Part shown: piece after piece, positions 19,452 through 29,448 of the stretch
How the letters are laid out: every line of letters begins with the position of its first letter
How positions within the stretch are numbered: position 1 is the stretch's first letter
Assembly (NCBI GenBank): GCA_023439545.1
Contig: JAEXNT010000011.1
Location: 139,659-203,658, forward strand
Origin: Bacillota bacterium
Lineage (GTDB): Bacteria; Bacillota; Clostridia; Acetivibrionales; DTU013
DNA length: 64,000 nt
Direction of reading: 5' to 3'
The notes under the pieces: generated by a model
Database searches by the model: none
The model's input: only the letters and a program-made list of their open reading frames with translations
What the model was told of the DNA's origin: nothing
Translations under genes and position numbers: made by a program

Positions 19452-19802
19452 TCAAGCATTCTTTACGCTGTTAACGAGCTGTGCGAAGCCCTGCGCATCG
19501 TTTATAGCCATATCGGCCAATACCTTCCTGTTAAGGCTTATGCCGGCCTTTTTGAGACCGCTCATGAACCTGCTGTAGCTCATGCCGTTTATTCTTGCGG
19601 CGGCGTTGATCCTTGCGATCCAGAGCTGTCTGAAGTCCCTCTTCTTGGCTTTTCTATCCCTGTATGCGTATGAGAGCGATTTCATGACTGCCTGGTTGGC
19701 GATCCTGAAAAGCTTGCTCTTGCCTCCAAAATAACCCTTGGCCAATTTTAATATTTTTTTGTGCCTGGCACGTGTCCTAACAGCACCTTTGACTCTTGAC
19801 AT
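19452..19802 (-). CDS. rplT: 50S ribosomal protein L20
   Basis: [26 protein letters not shown]. Confidence 0.97.
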   Translation of the reverse strand: MSRVKGAVRTRARHKKILKLAKGYFGGKSKLFRIANQAVMKSLSYAYRDRKAKKRDFRQLWIARINAAARINGMSYSRFMSGLKKAGISLNRKVLADMAINDAQGFAQLVNSVKNA

Positions 19803-19818
19803 ATTATTCTTCCTCCTT

Positions 19819-19914
19819 CATGGATGTTGCAACGGTAATTCGCGCCGTTCGGCGCTAAACATCCTCCATGGATGTTTCAAAGGAATTTTGCGCCGCAGGC
19901 GCTAAACATCCCTT
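19819..19914. repeat. 48-bp tandem duplication of a hairpin element in the rpmI-rplT spacer
   Basis: catggatgtt...gcgcc-N3/4-ggcgctaaacatcc occurs twice (19819 and 19867). Confidence 0.9.
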
Positions 19915-19915
19915 C

Positions 19916-20113
19916 TTACTTGTACGGTATAAGCATTTTAACTGTCGCTTCATTGGCAGAAGAAGCATAAGCTCCGAGCCTGTGGTGTTTCTTTGCCTTT
20001 TTCGCCTTCGATACGAGTCTGTGGCTTCTGAATGCATGATTCATCTTAACCTTGCCAGTGGCGGTTATTCTAAATCTCTTTTTAGACGCACTGTGTGTTT
20101 TAACCTTTGGCAT
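19916..20113 (-). CDS. rpmI: 50S ribosomal protein L35
   Basis: [22 protein letters not shown]. Confidence 0.97.
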   Translation of the reverse strand: MPKVKTHSASKKRFRITATGKVKMNHAFRSHRLVSKAKKAKKHHRLGAYASSANEATVKMLIPYK

Positions 20114-20186
20114 ATTTACTCCTCCTATTTTGTACTGTATCGCACACTTGAATACCTGCCGGTATTCCGTGATACTATGAAAGGTC

Positions 20187-20705
20187 CTATTGCTGTTTGG
20201 GATTGAGTATCATTATCATACTCCTGCCTTCCAGCTTCGGCTTTCTCTCCACGATTCCCACTTCTGCAACCGCATCCGCAAATTTATTAAGTACCTGTTC
20301 ACCCAGAGATGTATAATTCATTTCCCTGCCCCTGAAACGTACGCTTACCTTAACCTTGTCGCCGTCCTGCAGGAATTTGTACGCATTTTTTGCCTTGAAG
20401 CCGAAATCATGATCTTCAATCGTAGGCTTGATCCAAACTTCCTTAATGCTTACAATCTTTTGATTCTTTCTTGCTTCCTTTTCCTTTTTCGCAAGCTCGA
20501 ACATGTACTTTCCATAGTCCATGATCTTGCAGACAGGCGGTGTTGCTTGAGGGGCGATCTTAACAAGGTCCAGATTCTTGGTAGTTGCGAGTTTCTGCGC
20601 GTCCTTGACAGGCATTACGCCCAGCATGGATCCGTCAGAATCGATAACACGCGCTTCCTTATCCCTGATTTCCTCATTAATCATCAATTCATTTTTACTA
20701 CTGAT
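20187..20705 (-). CDS. infC: Translation initiation factor IF-3
   Basis: [14 protein letters not shown]... is clearly IF-3. The frame stays open upstream of the ORF-track TTG. Probable non-AUG start (ATC 20705), 9 nt after GGAGG. Confidence 0.9.
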   Translation of the reverse strand: MSSKNELMINEEIRDKEARVIDSDGSMLGVMPVKDAQKLATTKNLDLVKIAPQATPPVCKIMDYGKYMFELAKKEKEARKNQKIVSIKEVWIKPTIEDHDFGFKAKNAYKFLQDGDKVKVSVRFRGREMNYTSLGEQVLNKFADAVAEVGIVERKPKLEGRSMIMILNPKQQ

Positions 20706-20907
20706 ATTAAAACACCTCCGGATATATAAAAAATATCAAATAAAAAAGTGGATTGCAGAAGTCTGTCAATCCACCACATAGCTAAGTTACATATTGAACC
20801 TTCACTATTTACCTTACTGGACATGTCCGTAAGGTGAGAAGCGGATGACTTCTTCTTTGTTTTACTGAATAATAATAGCAGAAAGACAACGCCGTGTCAA
20901 GGAATAG
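20706..20907 (-). promoter_or_regulatory. infC operon leader, L20-leader-like attenuator region
   Basis: About 200-nt untranslated leader with stacked hairpins and a terminator immediately 5' of infC. Confidence 0.55.
20727..20774 (-). terminator. Attenuator terminator within the infC leader
   Basis: gtggattg-N11-caatccac stem followed on the minus strand by a long U run. Confidence 0.65.
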
Positions 20908-23211
20908 TTAACGTCCATGATCATGATCAATTTGCCTGTAAGACATTTCAGGCAGCTTTTTCAAAAACGCGGGCACTTCTCCGGCAAAATAAAAGTGCAG
21001 CCTGTGAAGCGCTCTCGAACATACCGTATACAAAAGCCCTTTCGCTTCTTCACCCTGATAAATGCCGCTGTCCGGGCAAATCATGAATACAGCGTCGAAT
21101 TCCAGCCCTTTTGAAAGATAGGACGGTATGACCACCGCGCCGGTGAAGAACTCCTGCCGTTCACCAGTTATCAGGCTGAGTTCCGTGTATTTGGCAAGTG
21201 CATTGTAAGCTTCGGTGCATTCACGTTCTGTTTTCATTATTACAGCAATTGACTTCAACCCATTACTCTTCAGTTTTTCAATATCCTCTGAAGCCGTACG
21301 GTATAATTCCTGCAGATTGGCGCAGCGGTGCGCTTCCGGCAGTTCTCCCTCCCTGTTTACGCTTTCGGCGTCGATATTACCTCCTATAATACCGTTGCAG
21401 AAATCGGCAATCTGCCTGGTGGAACGATAGCTTTTAACCAGCCTCGCGGAAATATAGGACGCATATCCCAGACTGCCTGCCAGGCGCTCCGTTTCCAGAG
21501 ACGGAATATATGGATTCAAAGCCTGGTTCGGGTCCCCCAGCAATGTAAGATTGCTGTTTCCGAACAATTCCCTCAGTATCTCGAGCTGAACGGGGGTGTA
21601 GTCCTGTACTTCATCGATCAATACATATTTGATAACATCCATATTGGGAAATCCATTCAGCAGACCATTCAAAAACACTATCGGAGCAATATCCTCATAA
21701 TTTGTATACCGTTTTCCCGATGCCCGATCGACACCGCCCGTTTTACCGGCATATACGTCACGATCCTTCAAGAACTCAGTGTAACAGTCGAATATATTGA
21801 GCTTTGTCATTTCCTCGATCAGCTGCCTCGTTGGCAATGCTTCCTCATGGACAATTGCGATACTGCGTCCGCGTATCTCCACAGCGTCGATGCATTCGCC
21901 CGTATTGGCGACCTCCGGGACGACTTCCTCCACCCTTTTTCTCACCAGTATATCGAGTTTGGAGGTCAGCCTGCTCCTGATCTTTTCGAGCCTCTTTACG
22001 ACCGGCAGGAACCTGAGGGCTTCGAAAAAATACTGAGAGATCTCTTCGGCGGTCTCTATCAGTTCCTCCCTGAAGATAACTTCATGGAAAACCCTGCCCT
22101 TTTCTGTCTTTTCCACATGCCGGCGCAGATGGCCAATGATTTCAAACGAAGCCTTGTATTTTATGCCTTCTATCCTTTGGCGACGGTTATCGAAGTCCCC
22201 GATCCCGGAGAAAGCGTCTCCATTTTCCTTGTTGTGGCCTGTATCACATTCAGCGATACCACCTTCTTCAAGCAGAAATTCCATATGCTGCGAGGCGCTT
22301 TCAGGACAGGCTCCGGGCCCCAGCGTCCTGACGGCATATTCGAACAGCGTGCTCCTGTTTATATCCTCTTCCCCGAGCTCTGGCAATACATCCGAAATAT
22401 AGTCGCTGAAAATTTCGTTTGGCGAGAATATGATTATATTTTTCGACGTTATACTGTCCTTGTGCCTGTACAAAAGGAATGCTGCCCTGTGAAGCGCTAT
22501 CGAGGTTTTACCGCTGCCTGCCGGTCCCGTGACAATCAGAAGCTTGTGGGTGTCGTTGCGTATAATGCTATTCTGTTCACGCTGTATGCTTGCAACGATA
22601 GTTTTCATCCTGCTGTCGGCACTCCTGCCGAGAATCTCCTGAAGTATCTCGTCATTTATTGTCAGGCTTGAATCGAACATCAGCGTAAGCTCGCCGTTCC
22701 ATATCCTGAATTGCCTCTTCAGGAGCAGCTCGCCTTCGATTCTTCCTGCCGGGCATAGATACCCCGCACCGCCCGGCTCATAATCGTAAAACATACTGGA
22801 AACAGGCGCTCTCCAGTCGTAGATCAAAAACTGCCCGGTCTTTTCATCCTTTAAATTTGAAATCCCGATATAGATTTTCTCGGCTAGGTTTTCGCCTGCC
22901 TCCCTGAAATCTATCCGTGCAAAATAGGGATTATTGGCAATCCTCTCGAGCTTCCGCGCCTGGTTGGTCAAAAAGATTGCCTTGTTTCCCTCCCTTATGA
23001 TATCTGTCTGGTACTGCCATATACCCGCCAGATCATCCAGGTCGTCAGGAGTCGGTTTGACGTTCTCCCAAATTGATCTCTGCATGCCGGTCAGATCCTT
23101 TTTCACCTTACCGGCTATACTCCTAGCAGCTTCCATCTGTATCGCGATCTGTCCTTCGACAACGATGAGCCTTTCCTTTTCAATTGCGTACTCTGCTTGA
23201 TCCGATCCCAT
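20908..23211 (-). CDS. helD: HelD-type UvrD-like helicase (RNA polymerase recycling ATPase)
   Basis: Walker A TGPAGSGKTS and UvrD-like C-terminal motifs. Start set at MGSDQ (ATG 23211, AGGAGGG 6 nt upstream). Confidence 0.85.
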   Translation of the reverse strand: MGSDQAEYAIEKERLIVVEGQIAIQMEAARSIAGKVKKDLTGMQRSIWENVKPTPDDLDDLAGIWQYQTDIIREGNKAIFLTNQARKLERIANNPYFARIDFREAGENLAEKIYIGISNLKDEKTGQFLIYDWRAPVSSMFYDYEPGGAGYLCPAGRIEGELLLKRQFRIWNGELTLMFDSSLTINDEILQEILGRSADSRMKTIVASIQREQNSIIRNDTHKLLIVTGPAGSGKTSIALHRAAFLLYRHKDSITSKNIIIFSPNEIFSDYISDVLPELGEEDINRSTLFEYAVRTLGPGACPESASQHMEFLLEEGGIAECDTGHNKENGDAFSGIGDFDNRRQRIEGIKYKASFEIIGHLRRHVEKTEKGRVFHEVIFREELIETAEEISQYFFEALRFLPVVKRLEKIRSRLTSKLDILVRKRVEEVVPEVANTGECIDAVEIRGRSIAIVHEEALPTRQLIEEMTKLNIFDCYTEFLKDRDVYAGKTGGVDRASGKRYTNYEDIAPIVFLNGLLNGFPNMDVIKYVLIDEVQDYTPVQLEILRELFGNSNLTLLGDPNQALNPYIPSLETERLAGSLGYASYISARLVKSYRSTRQIADFCNGIIGGNIDAESVNREGELPEAHRCANLQELYRTASEDIEKLKSNGLKSIAVIMKTERECTEAYNALAKYTELSLITGERQEFFTGAVVIPSYLSKGLEFDAVFMICPDSGIYQGEEAKGLLYTVCSRALHRLHFYFAGEVPAFLKKLPEMSYRQIDHDHGR

Positions 23212-23264
23212 TTTCAGCCCTCCTTCGATCTTTGTAAAAATGTTGTTTCGATCTGTAAAAACTA

Positions 23265-23293
23265 TTGACATCAGGTATAAAATGTGATAATAT
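23265..23293 (+). promoter_or_regulatory. Sigma-A promoter for rqcH
   Basis: TTGACA, 17 nt spacer, TAATAT, with a TG extended -10. Confidence 0.6.
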
Positions 23294-23426
23294 ATAATAG
23301 GAGAGTTATGTTGTATGCCTTTAACCAATAGTCTCTTCAGTGTATTACAAACATGCATAAATGTCAATATAAAAATCAGCCGGACTACTAAAAGTACGGC
23401 TTTTTTAATACAAAGGAGTGTTCCGG

Positions 23427-25184
23427 TTGCCATTTGACGGTATCGTAACAAAAAGCATAGTTGATGAATTAACCGAAAAACTGGTCGGCGGACGCGTGGA
23501 AAAAGTGTTTCAGCCTGAAGCCGACGAAATCGTCCTGCTTGTCAGGGCCTGGAACAAAAACTGCAAGCTGGTGCTGAGCGCCAGCCCCAATTACCCTCGC
23601 ATCCATATGACTGATGCTGTCAAGGAAAACCCTTCGGCTCCTCCCGTTTTTTGCATGCTCCTTAGAAAGCATCTGTCCGGAGGCAAGATACTGTCATTCG
23701 AATTTAATGACTACGAGAGAATAATAGGCGTCGTCATAGAAGCCGCCAACGAACTCGGCGACATATCGCAAAAACGCCTCGTTATAGAGATAATGGGCCG
23801 CTACAGCAATATAATACTTGTAAACAGCGAAGATAAAATAATAGATTCAATAAAGCATGTGGATTCGGATATCAGCAGCGTCCGCGAAGTCATGCCTGCA
23901 AGGCCTTACATATTACCACCCGCGCAGGATAAGCTTTCACCTGATGCCTTGGATATAGGGCTTCTGCTTGAAGGTTTGAAGACCTCCGAACAGGCCGTCG
24001 ATAAATACCTGCTTGAACGTATCAAGGGTTTCAGCCCTCTGCTTTGCCGGGAGGTTTGTTTCAGGGCAGGGATAGAAAACAGGACTCCGGCCTCTTCCCT
24101 TTCCGAAGAAGGTTGTCAAAGCTTGAAGGCAGCGCTTACAGCCATGCTCGACGATATAAGGGACGGAAGGTATGAACCCTGCATCATATTTGAAGATGAA
24201 GCCCGCCAGAAACCGTTGGATTTTCACTGTCTCGATATCAGGCAATACCGGTATCACTCGAAGCCCGGCTCGATAAGCGAAGTACTCGACGCCTTTTATT
24301 CCTCGCGGGACAATGCCGAGCGGATGAGGCAAAAAAAATCCGATCTCTACAAGGTATTGAACAACTCAATAGACAGATGCTCCAAAAAGCTGGCCATACA
24401 GGAAGAAACCCTCAGGGACGTGGCCGACAGGGACAAGCTGAAGCTCTTCGGCGAACTCATAACCGCTAATATCTACAGAATCCCGCACAATATCGGCAGC
24501 GTATCGCTTCAGAACTATTACTCGGAAAACGGCGACGAATATATCGAGGCGCCTCTTGATCCGAACCTTTCTCCTCAGGAAAATGCGCAGCGCTACTTCA
24601 GAAAATATTCCAAAGCCAAGAGCACCTTTACCTACACAACGCGTCAGCTCGAGGATTCGCGACAGGAGCTCGATTACCTGGAAAGCGTGCTTCAGCTGCT
24701 CGACAACTGCACTGCTCTCAGGGAAATGGACGAAGTAAGGCAGGAACTCGCGGAACAGGGCTATATGCAGCTTCACCGCAAGGTCTCGTCAAAAAAACAG
24801 CCGGCATTGTCCGAACCGCTGCATTTTATATCGACAGACGGGTTTGATATTTATGTCGGAAAAAACAACAAGCAAAATGATCAATTGACGCTGAAGCTGG
24901 CGCAATCGAACGATATCTGGCTTCATACCAAAAACATACCCGGCTCGCACGTAATAATTAGAAGAGGCGGCCGTGAGATACCTGACAGGACTGTCGAAGA
25001 AGCCGCCATCCTTGCCGCATGGCACAGCAAGGCCAGAATGTCGGCAAACGTGCAGGTCGATTACACCGCGGTGAAAAATGTGAACAAACCGTCCGGAGCG
25101 AAACCCGGGAAGGTTATCTATGTAAATTATGTTACGGCTGTAGTGACTCCGGACAAGAATCTGGCTGAAAAGCTGAAGAAATGA
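23427..25184 (+). CDS. rqcH: RqcH / NFACT-family (fibronectin-binding protein A-like) ribosome quality control factor
   Basis: PFDGIVTKSIVDEL N-terminus, NFACT-N and NFACT-R (DUF814) pattern. TTG 23427 lies 8 nt after AAAGGAG. Confidence 0.88.
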   Translation: MPFDGIVTKSIVDELTEKLVGGRVEKVFQPEADEIVLLVRAWNKNCKLVLSASPNYPRIHMTDAVKENPSAPPVFCMLLRKHLSGGKILSFEFNDYERIIGVVIEAANELGDISQKRLVIEIMGRYSNIILVNSEDKIIDSIKHVDSDISSVREVMPARPYILPPAQDKLSPDALDIGLLLEGLKTSEQAVDKYLLERIKGFSPLLCREVCFRAGIENRTPASSLSEEGCQSLKAALTAMLDDIRDGRYEPCIIFEDEARQKPLDFHCLDIRQYRYHSKPGSISEVLDAFYSSRDNAERMRQKKSDLYKVLNNSIDRCSKKLAIQEETLRDVADRDKLKLFGELITANIYRIPHNIGSVSLQNYYSENGDEYIEAPLDPNLSPQENAQRYFRKYSKAKSTFTYTTRQLEDSRQELDYLESVLQLLDNCTALREMDEVRQELAEQGYMQLHRKVSSKKQPALSEPLHFISTDGFDIYVGKNNKQNDQLTLKLAQSNDIWLHTKNIPGSHVIIRRGGREIPDRTVEEAAILAAWHSKARMSANVQVDYTAVKNVNKPSGAKPGKVIYVNYVTAVVTPDKNLAEKLKK

Positions 25185-25428
25185 GGTCAAGCTCCATTCC
25201 GGCCGGCTAACAGGCGGCTTCAAAAGTCCTGGTTTAGCTATACCGTGGTTAATAAATTCCAACCCCTTTCAACAATACTTTACATCCCTTGCGAAAAAAC
25301 CTATATGGTTCGGCTATGCTATTTTTATGCCCGGCAGTCATGGGGCGTATAACCTATAAGTTGCCACGGGCTTGCTTCTTGTATATAATTGTTTTATATT
25401 CAGAAAACATAGTCTATGGAGGTCTGGC

Positions 25429-25935
25429 ATGAATGCAGAAAAATATATCACAAAAGCGTTTGAAATGGGAGCTAACGACGCAGTCGAATTCAAAATAGAG
25501 GACATAGAGTTCGATCCCCGGACCTTGCTCAAATGCATGTTCGGCTGCGGCGACTGGGGCAAAGGCAACACCTGCCCTTCAAGACCAGGCTCGCTCGATC
25601 CCTGGGAATACGAAAAGCTGTTTAAAAAATACCATTGGGGAGTAATAATACACTCGAAGGATAAAAGGATATCGCAGGACGTTTCATTTGCCATTGAGAG
25701 CGAAGCATTTACGGATGGCTACTATTTTGCCTTTTCGCTCAGCGACTGCGCCCTGTGCAAGGAATGCGCGGGTTTCAAGGGCTGCGGCTGCGTGAACCCC
25801 AGAAAAGCAAGGCCGGCGTTCCATAGCGTAGGTATAGATGTTTTCAAAACGGTCAGGAAATTCGGACTGCCCCTCAATACATTAAAGAGCGAAACTGACG
25901 AGCAGAACTGGTATTCCGCCGTCTTTATAGAATAA
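25429..25935 (+). CDS. DUF2284-like Cys-rich metal-binding protein
   Basis: CMFGCGDWGKGNTCP and CALCKEC motifs. ATG 25429 lies 6 nt after GGAGG. Confidence 0.65.
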   Translation: MNAEKYITKAFEMGANDAVEFKIEDIEFDPRTLLKCMFGCGDWGKGNTCPSRPGSLDPWEYEKLFKKYHWGVIIHSKDKRISQDVSFAIESEAFTDGYYFAFSLSDCALCKECAGFKGCGCVNPRKARPAFHSVGIDVFKTVRKFGLPLNTLKSETDEQNWYSAVFIE

Positions 25936-25959
25936 CAAAAAAGAATTGGAGTGAAACGT

Positions 25960-27141
25960 ATGGTTTCTGAAAAAATATCTGTCAACCTGAGCAGATCGTC
26001 CTGGATCCGGGCAATGTTCGAACAGGGTGAAAAGCTTCGCAAGGAATTCGGAGCGGACAATGTATTCGATTTTTCACTTGGGAATCCGGATATAGAACCG
26101 CCTGCAATCGTCAAGGAAGCGCTTAAAAAAGCCGTATTGTCAGACGCACCCGGAATGCACGGATATATGAGCAATGCGGGTTACATGAATGTAAGGGCCG
26201 CAATTGCCGCAAAGCTCCAGCAGGCTACAGGCATCCCTGTCTACGCACAGCACGTCGTCATGGAGTGCGGAGCCGGAGGAGCCATGAATGTCGTACTTAA
26301 AACTATTTTGAATCCTAACGAGGAAGTCATTGTGCTGGCGCCCTATTTTGCCGAATATCTTTTTTACATCGACAATCACGGCGGAAAAGCCGTCATAGTC
26401 GACACCGACAAAAATACCTTCCAACCCGATCCGGCAAAGGTGTTCGACGCAATTACTCCCAGGACAAGGGCCATAATAATAAATTCACCCAATAATCCTT
26501 CAGGCGTGGTTTATAAGCGCGATATGCTGGAAAAGCTCTCGGAAAGTATACAGGCCAGGGAAAAGGAATTCGGAACGCAGATATGCGTCATCTCAGACGA
26601 ACCGTATGATAAGATAATATACGATGGCGCTGTGGTAACTCCGCTGTTCACTGTTTTCAAAAACTCCATCTCCGTCAATTCCTTCAGCAAATCGATGTCT
26701 CTCCCGGGCGAACGTATCGGCTTCATCGCGGTCAACCCGCTTATGGGCGACACCGCTGAACTTGTGGACGGGTTGATTTTCTCGACCAGGACATTGGGCT
26801 TTGTGAATGCTCCGGCGCTCTTCCAGAGGATACTGCCCGAATCGCTAGACGCCGTGGTTGAAACGGAGGCATACAAAAAGAGGCGTGATATGCTCTATGA
26901 AATCATCACGGGCGCGGGTTTCAGCTGCCTTAAGCCTCAGGGCGCATTCTACCTTTTCCCCAAGGCTCCGATCGAGGATGACGTGGCCTTCTGCAAGGCA
27001 GCTCTGAAATACAATCTCGTAATCGTGCCCGGAACCGGCTTCGGCTGCAAGGGCTTCTTCCGTCTGGCTTATTGTGTGGATGAAAAAACGATCAGAAATT
27101 CGAAAAAAGCTTTCGAGGCTCTGGCAAAAGAGTTCAGATAA
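25960..27141 (+). CDS. Class I/II PLP-dependent aminotransferase
   Basis: NSPNNPSG and SFSKS (PLP lysine) motifs. Confidence 0.88.
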   Translation: MVSEKISVNLSRSSWIRAMFEQGEKLRKEFGADNVFDFSLGNPDIEPPAIVKEALKKAVLSDAPGMHGYMSNAGYMNVRAAIAAKLQQATGIPVYAQHVVMECGAGGAMNVVLKTILNPNEEVIVLAPYFAEYLFYIDNHGGKAVIVDTDKNTFQPDPAKVFDAITPRTRAIIINSPNNPSGVVYKRDMLEKLSESIQAREKEFGTQICVISDEPYDKIIYDGAVVTPLFTVFKNSISVNSFSKSMSLPGERIGFIAVNPLMGDTAELVDGLIFSTRTLGFVNAPALFQRILPESLDAVVETEAYKKRRDMLYEIITGAGFSCLKPQGAFYLFPKAPIEDDVAFCKAALKYNLVIVPGTGFGCKGFFRLAYCVDEKTIRNSKKAFEALAKEFR

Positions 27142-27143
27142 AG

Positions 27144-27194
27144 GTGAAACATGGGGACGGTTCTTTTGTTCCATTAACCGTCCCCATGTTTCAC
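27144..27194. repeat. Perfect 19-bp inverted repeat with 13-nt loop between convergent genes
   Basis: gtgaaacatggggacggtt pairs with aaccgtccccatgtttcac. Belongs to the GGGGAC/GTCCCC family. No clean U run. Confidence 0.9.
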
Positions 27195-27204
27195 TCCCGC
27201 CGAA

Positions 27205-27840
27205 TCAATCCCTTGACAGCATAACGAGCAGGTAGCCCTCTTTAACGGTGACCAGTGCCGTATCTTCCGAGAATTCATTGCTGACGCCCCAGGAGGAACC
27301 TGTCTCCAGAACGGCGTCCCGCAGTGGATAGCGGAGACCTTCTGTCGATACTCCCACCGCATTCCCCGCCAAGGGAAGCAGAGTTACGAAAACGCCTTCT
27401 TCTCTTTTCAGTTTGATGCTGTCCCTGACAAGCCTGATCTCGTTTTTTTCGTCGGCTATCAAGCCTTCGCAGTTACTATCGGATAGCTTCTTCAACAAAA
27501 AAACGTTCGAGAGCGTATGATCGAGCCTCGATCCGACGGCCCCCAGCAGTATTACCTTGGTGCAGCCGCGCTCCAGCGCTATTTCGACGGCAAGCTCGCT
27601 GTCTGTCATGTCCTTTTCGGAAGGATATCTTATTATCTCTGTTCCGTTTACATTGAATTTATCCCAGTCGCTTTTGCTTATAGAATCAAAATCGCCCAGC
27701 AATATGCCGGGCTTGAGCTTTAGTTCACTGCAGTGCCGAGCTCCGCTGTCTGCGGCAATTACAAGGCTGGCACCGCCGGTATATTTTTTTACATATTCAT
27801 AATCGGTGATCCTGCCCCCGCAGAATATGATACAGGTCAT
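27205..27840 (-). CDS. thiN: Thiamine diphosphokinase
   Basis: 211 aa with the TPK catalytic and B1-binding pattern (GDFDS). Confidence 0.85.
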   Translation of the reverse strand: MTCIIFCGGRITDYEYVKKYTGGASLVIAADSGARHCSELKLKPGILLGDFDSISKSDWDKFNVNGTEIIRYPSEKDMTDSELAVEIALERGCTKVILLGAVGSRLDHTLSNVFLLKKLSDSNCEGLIADEKNEIRLVRDSIKLKREEGVFVTLLPLAGNAVGVSTEGLRYPLRDAVLETGSSWGVSNEFSEDTALVTVKEGYLLVMLSRD

Positions 27841-28502
27841 ACCATACCACCATACGCCCTTTGCCTCAGACCGTGGATTATTTCCGCGGCGTCGGCTGCA
27901 TTATATATCGTAGATCCGGCTACTATTATATTTGCGCCAGCTTCTGTTATCATATGTATGTTTTCGGTATCGATCCCACCGTCTACCTCTATGTCAAGCT
28001 TTATGCACCTTTGAACTGCCATTTGCCTGAGGGCCCTAACTTTATCCGTCATGCTTTCCAGATACTGCTGGCCTCCGAAGCCCGGATTCACAGTCATTAT
28101 CAGTACCATATCGATATCGTTCAGTATAGAGTCCAGGACGGACAAGGGCGTCGCCGGATTAAGTGCGACCGCCGGCCGCGCTCCGCCGTTTCCTATGAGT
28201 TGCAGCGTACGGTGCAGGTTATTATTGCCTTCGGCATGTACCGATATCATATTTGCTCCGGCCTCTATAAACTGGTTTATATACCGGTCGGGATTTTCTA
28301 TCATCAGATGTACGTCGAAAGGCAGTTTTGTCACTTTCCTGAGGCTCTGTACAACGACGGGTCCAACCGATATGTTGGGTACGAAATGTCCATCCATAAT
28401 ATCAATATGTATAATATCCGCGCCTGCTTTTTCGACTCTGACTATTTCCTCTCCAAGTTTTGAAAAATCGGAAGCTAATATTGAAGGTGCAATTCTTATC
28501 AT
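27837..28502 (-). CDS. rpe: Ribulose-phosphate 3-epimerase
   Basis: IAPSILASDF...HIDIMDGHFVPN. Confidence 0.95.
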   Translation of the reverse strand: MIRIAPSILASDFSKLGEEIVRVEKAGADIIHIDIMDGHFVPNISVGPVVVQSLRKVTKLPFDVHLMIENPDRYINQFIEAGANMISVHAEGNNNLHRTLQLIGNGGARPAVALNPATPLSVLDSILNDIDMVLIMTVNPGFGGQQYLESMTDKVRALRQMAVQRCIKLDIEVDGGIDTENIHMITEAGANIIVAGSTIYNAADAAEIIHGLRQRAYGGMV

Positions 28503-29413
28503 GATTTGGTTCCTTTCCGGTTTCCTTTTTTGTATTTCATATCATCTTCCTGCTTAAGTACCGTAAATAATTCCTTGTATCTTTCATATCTGCCGGCGCT
28601 CACAGCCCCCGAGCCCAATGCGTTTTTCACGCCGCAATCCGGTTCGTTTATGTGGCTGCAGCCGACAAATCTGCATTCGTTAATGTAATCGGCAAATTCC
28701 GGATAATAATTCTGCAATTGATCATACCTTATGCCGGTAAGCTCATACGAACTAAAACCGGGTGTATCTACTATATACCCACCCCTGGCCAGCTCCATCA
28801 GCTCTGCGTGCCTTGTTGTATGCTTTCCCCTGTCCAGCTTGTCACTGAGCTTTCCGGTCTTCATTGCCATTGTGTTCATAACTCTATTCAGAAGCGTTGA
28901 TTTTCCGACGCCCGACTGCCCGGCGAAAACTGAAATATGCCCTGTCAGAGCACTGTCAAGTTCCTCGAAGCCCTTATTTTCTTTCGAACTGGTTTCGATA
29001 ACACTATATCCGGCTTTGCTGTAAGCTTCTCGAAGTCCGGTCCTGCCGCCCTCGATATCCAGATCCGTTTTGTTTATACACAATACGGCGCCAATATTTT
29101 GCATTTCAGCCGATATAAGAAGCTTGTCGAGAAGGAGCAGATCCGGTTCAGGCGACCTGGCTGCGATAACCGCTATCAGTTGATCTACATTGGCTACCGC
29201 AGGCCTGACCAGTAAAGAGCTTCGCTCTTGAATTTCGTCAATATTACCCTTTTTCTGAACAGCATCAGTAATTGTAAATTCTACCCTGTCCCCTGTAAGC
29301 GGTGTCAGATCTTTCCTGCGGAAAATGCCCCTGGCTTTGCATTCATGGACTCCGTCATGCGACGACACATAATAAAATCCGCCTATTCCCTTTATGATAG
29401 TGCCTGTCGGCAA
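28499..29413 (-). CDS. rsgA: Ribosome small subunit-dependent GTPase A
   Basis: Circularly permuted GTPase motifs (NKTDL, GQSGVGKSTL) and a C-terminal Zn cluster. Confidence 0.93.
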   Translation of the reverse strand: MPTGTIIKGIGGFYYVSSHDGVHECKARGIFRRKDLTPLTGDRVEFTITDAVQKKGNIDEIQERSSLLVRPAVANVDQLIAVIAARSPEPDLLLLDKLLISAEMQNIGAVLCINKTDLDIEGGRTGLREAYSKAGYSVIETSSKENKGFEELDSALTGHISVFAGQSGVGKSTLLNRVMNTMAMKTGKLSDKLDRGKHTTRHAELMELARGGYIVDTPGFSSYELTGIRYDQLQNYYPEFADYINECRFVGCSHINEPDCGVKNALGSGAVSAGRYERYKELFTVLKQEDDMKYKKGNRKGTKS

Positions 29414-29448
29414 AACTGCAGACCTCCTCCGCCCGCGTTCGGTTAATC

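Noticed and set aside
21328-22671. A 447-aa plus-strand ORF, and similar long antisense ORFs (35012-35884, 49619-50602, 40207-41125, 5586-6233).
   Set aside because: Each lies wholly antisense to a well-supported gene (helD, DUF116/fmt, decarboxylase, priA, TadG-like). Their composition is low-complexity and they lack an RBS.
23212-23451. An 80-codon N-terminal extension of HelD.
   Set aside because: The extension is hydrophobic nonsense that runs through the divergent promoter region. ATG 23211 has AGGAGGG upstream.
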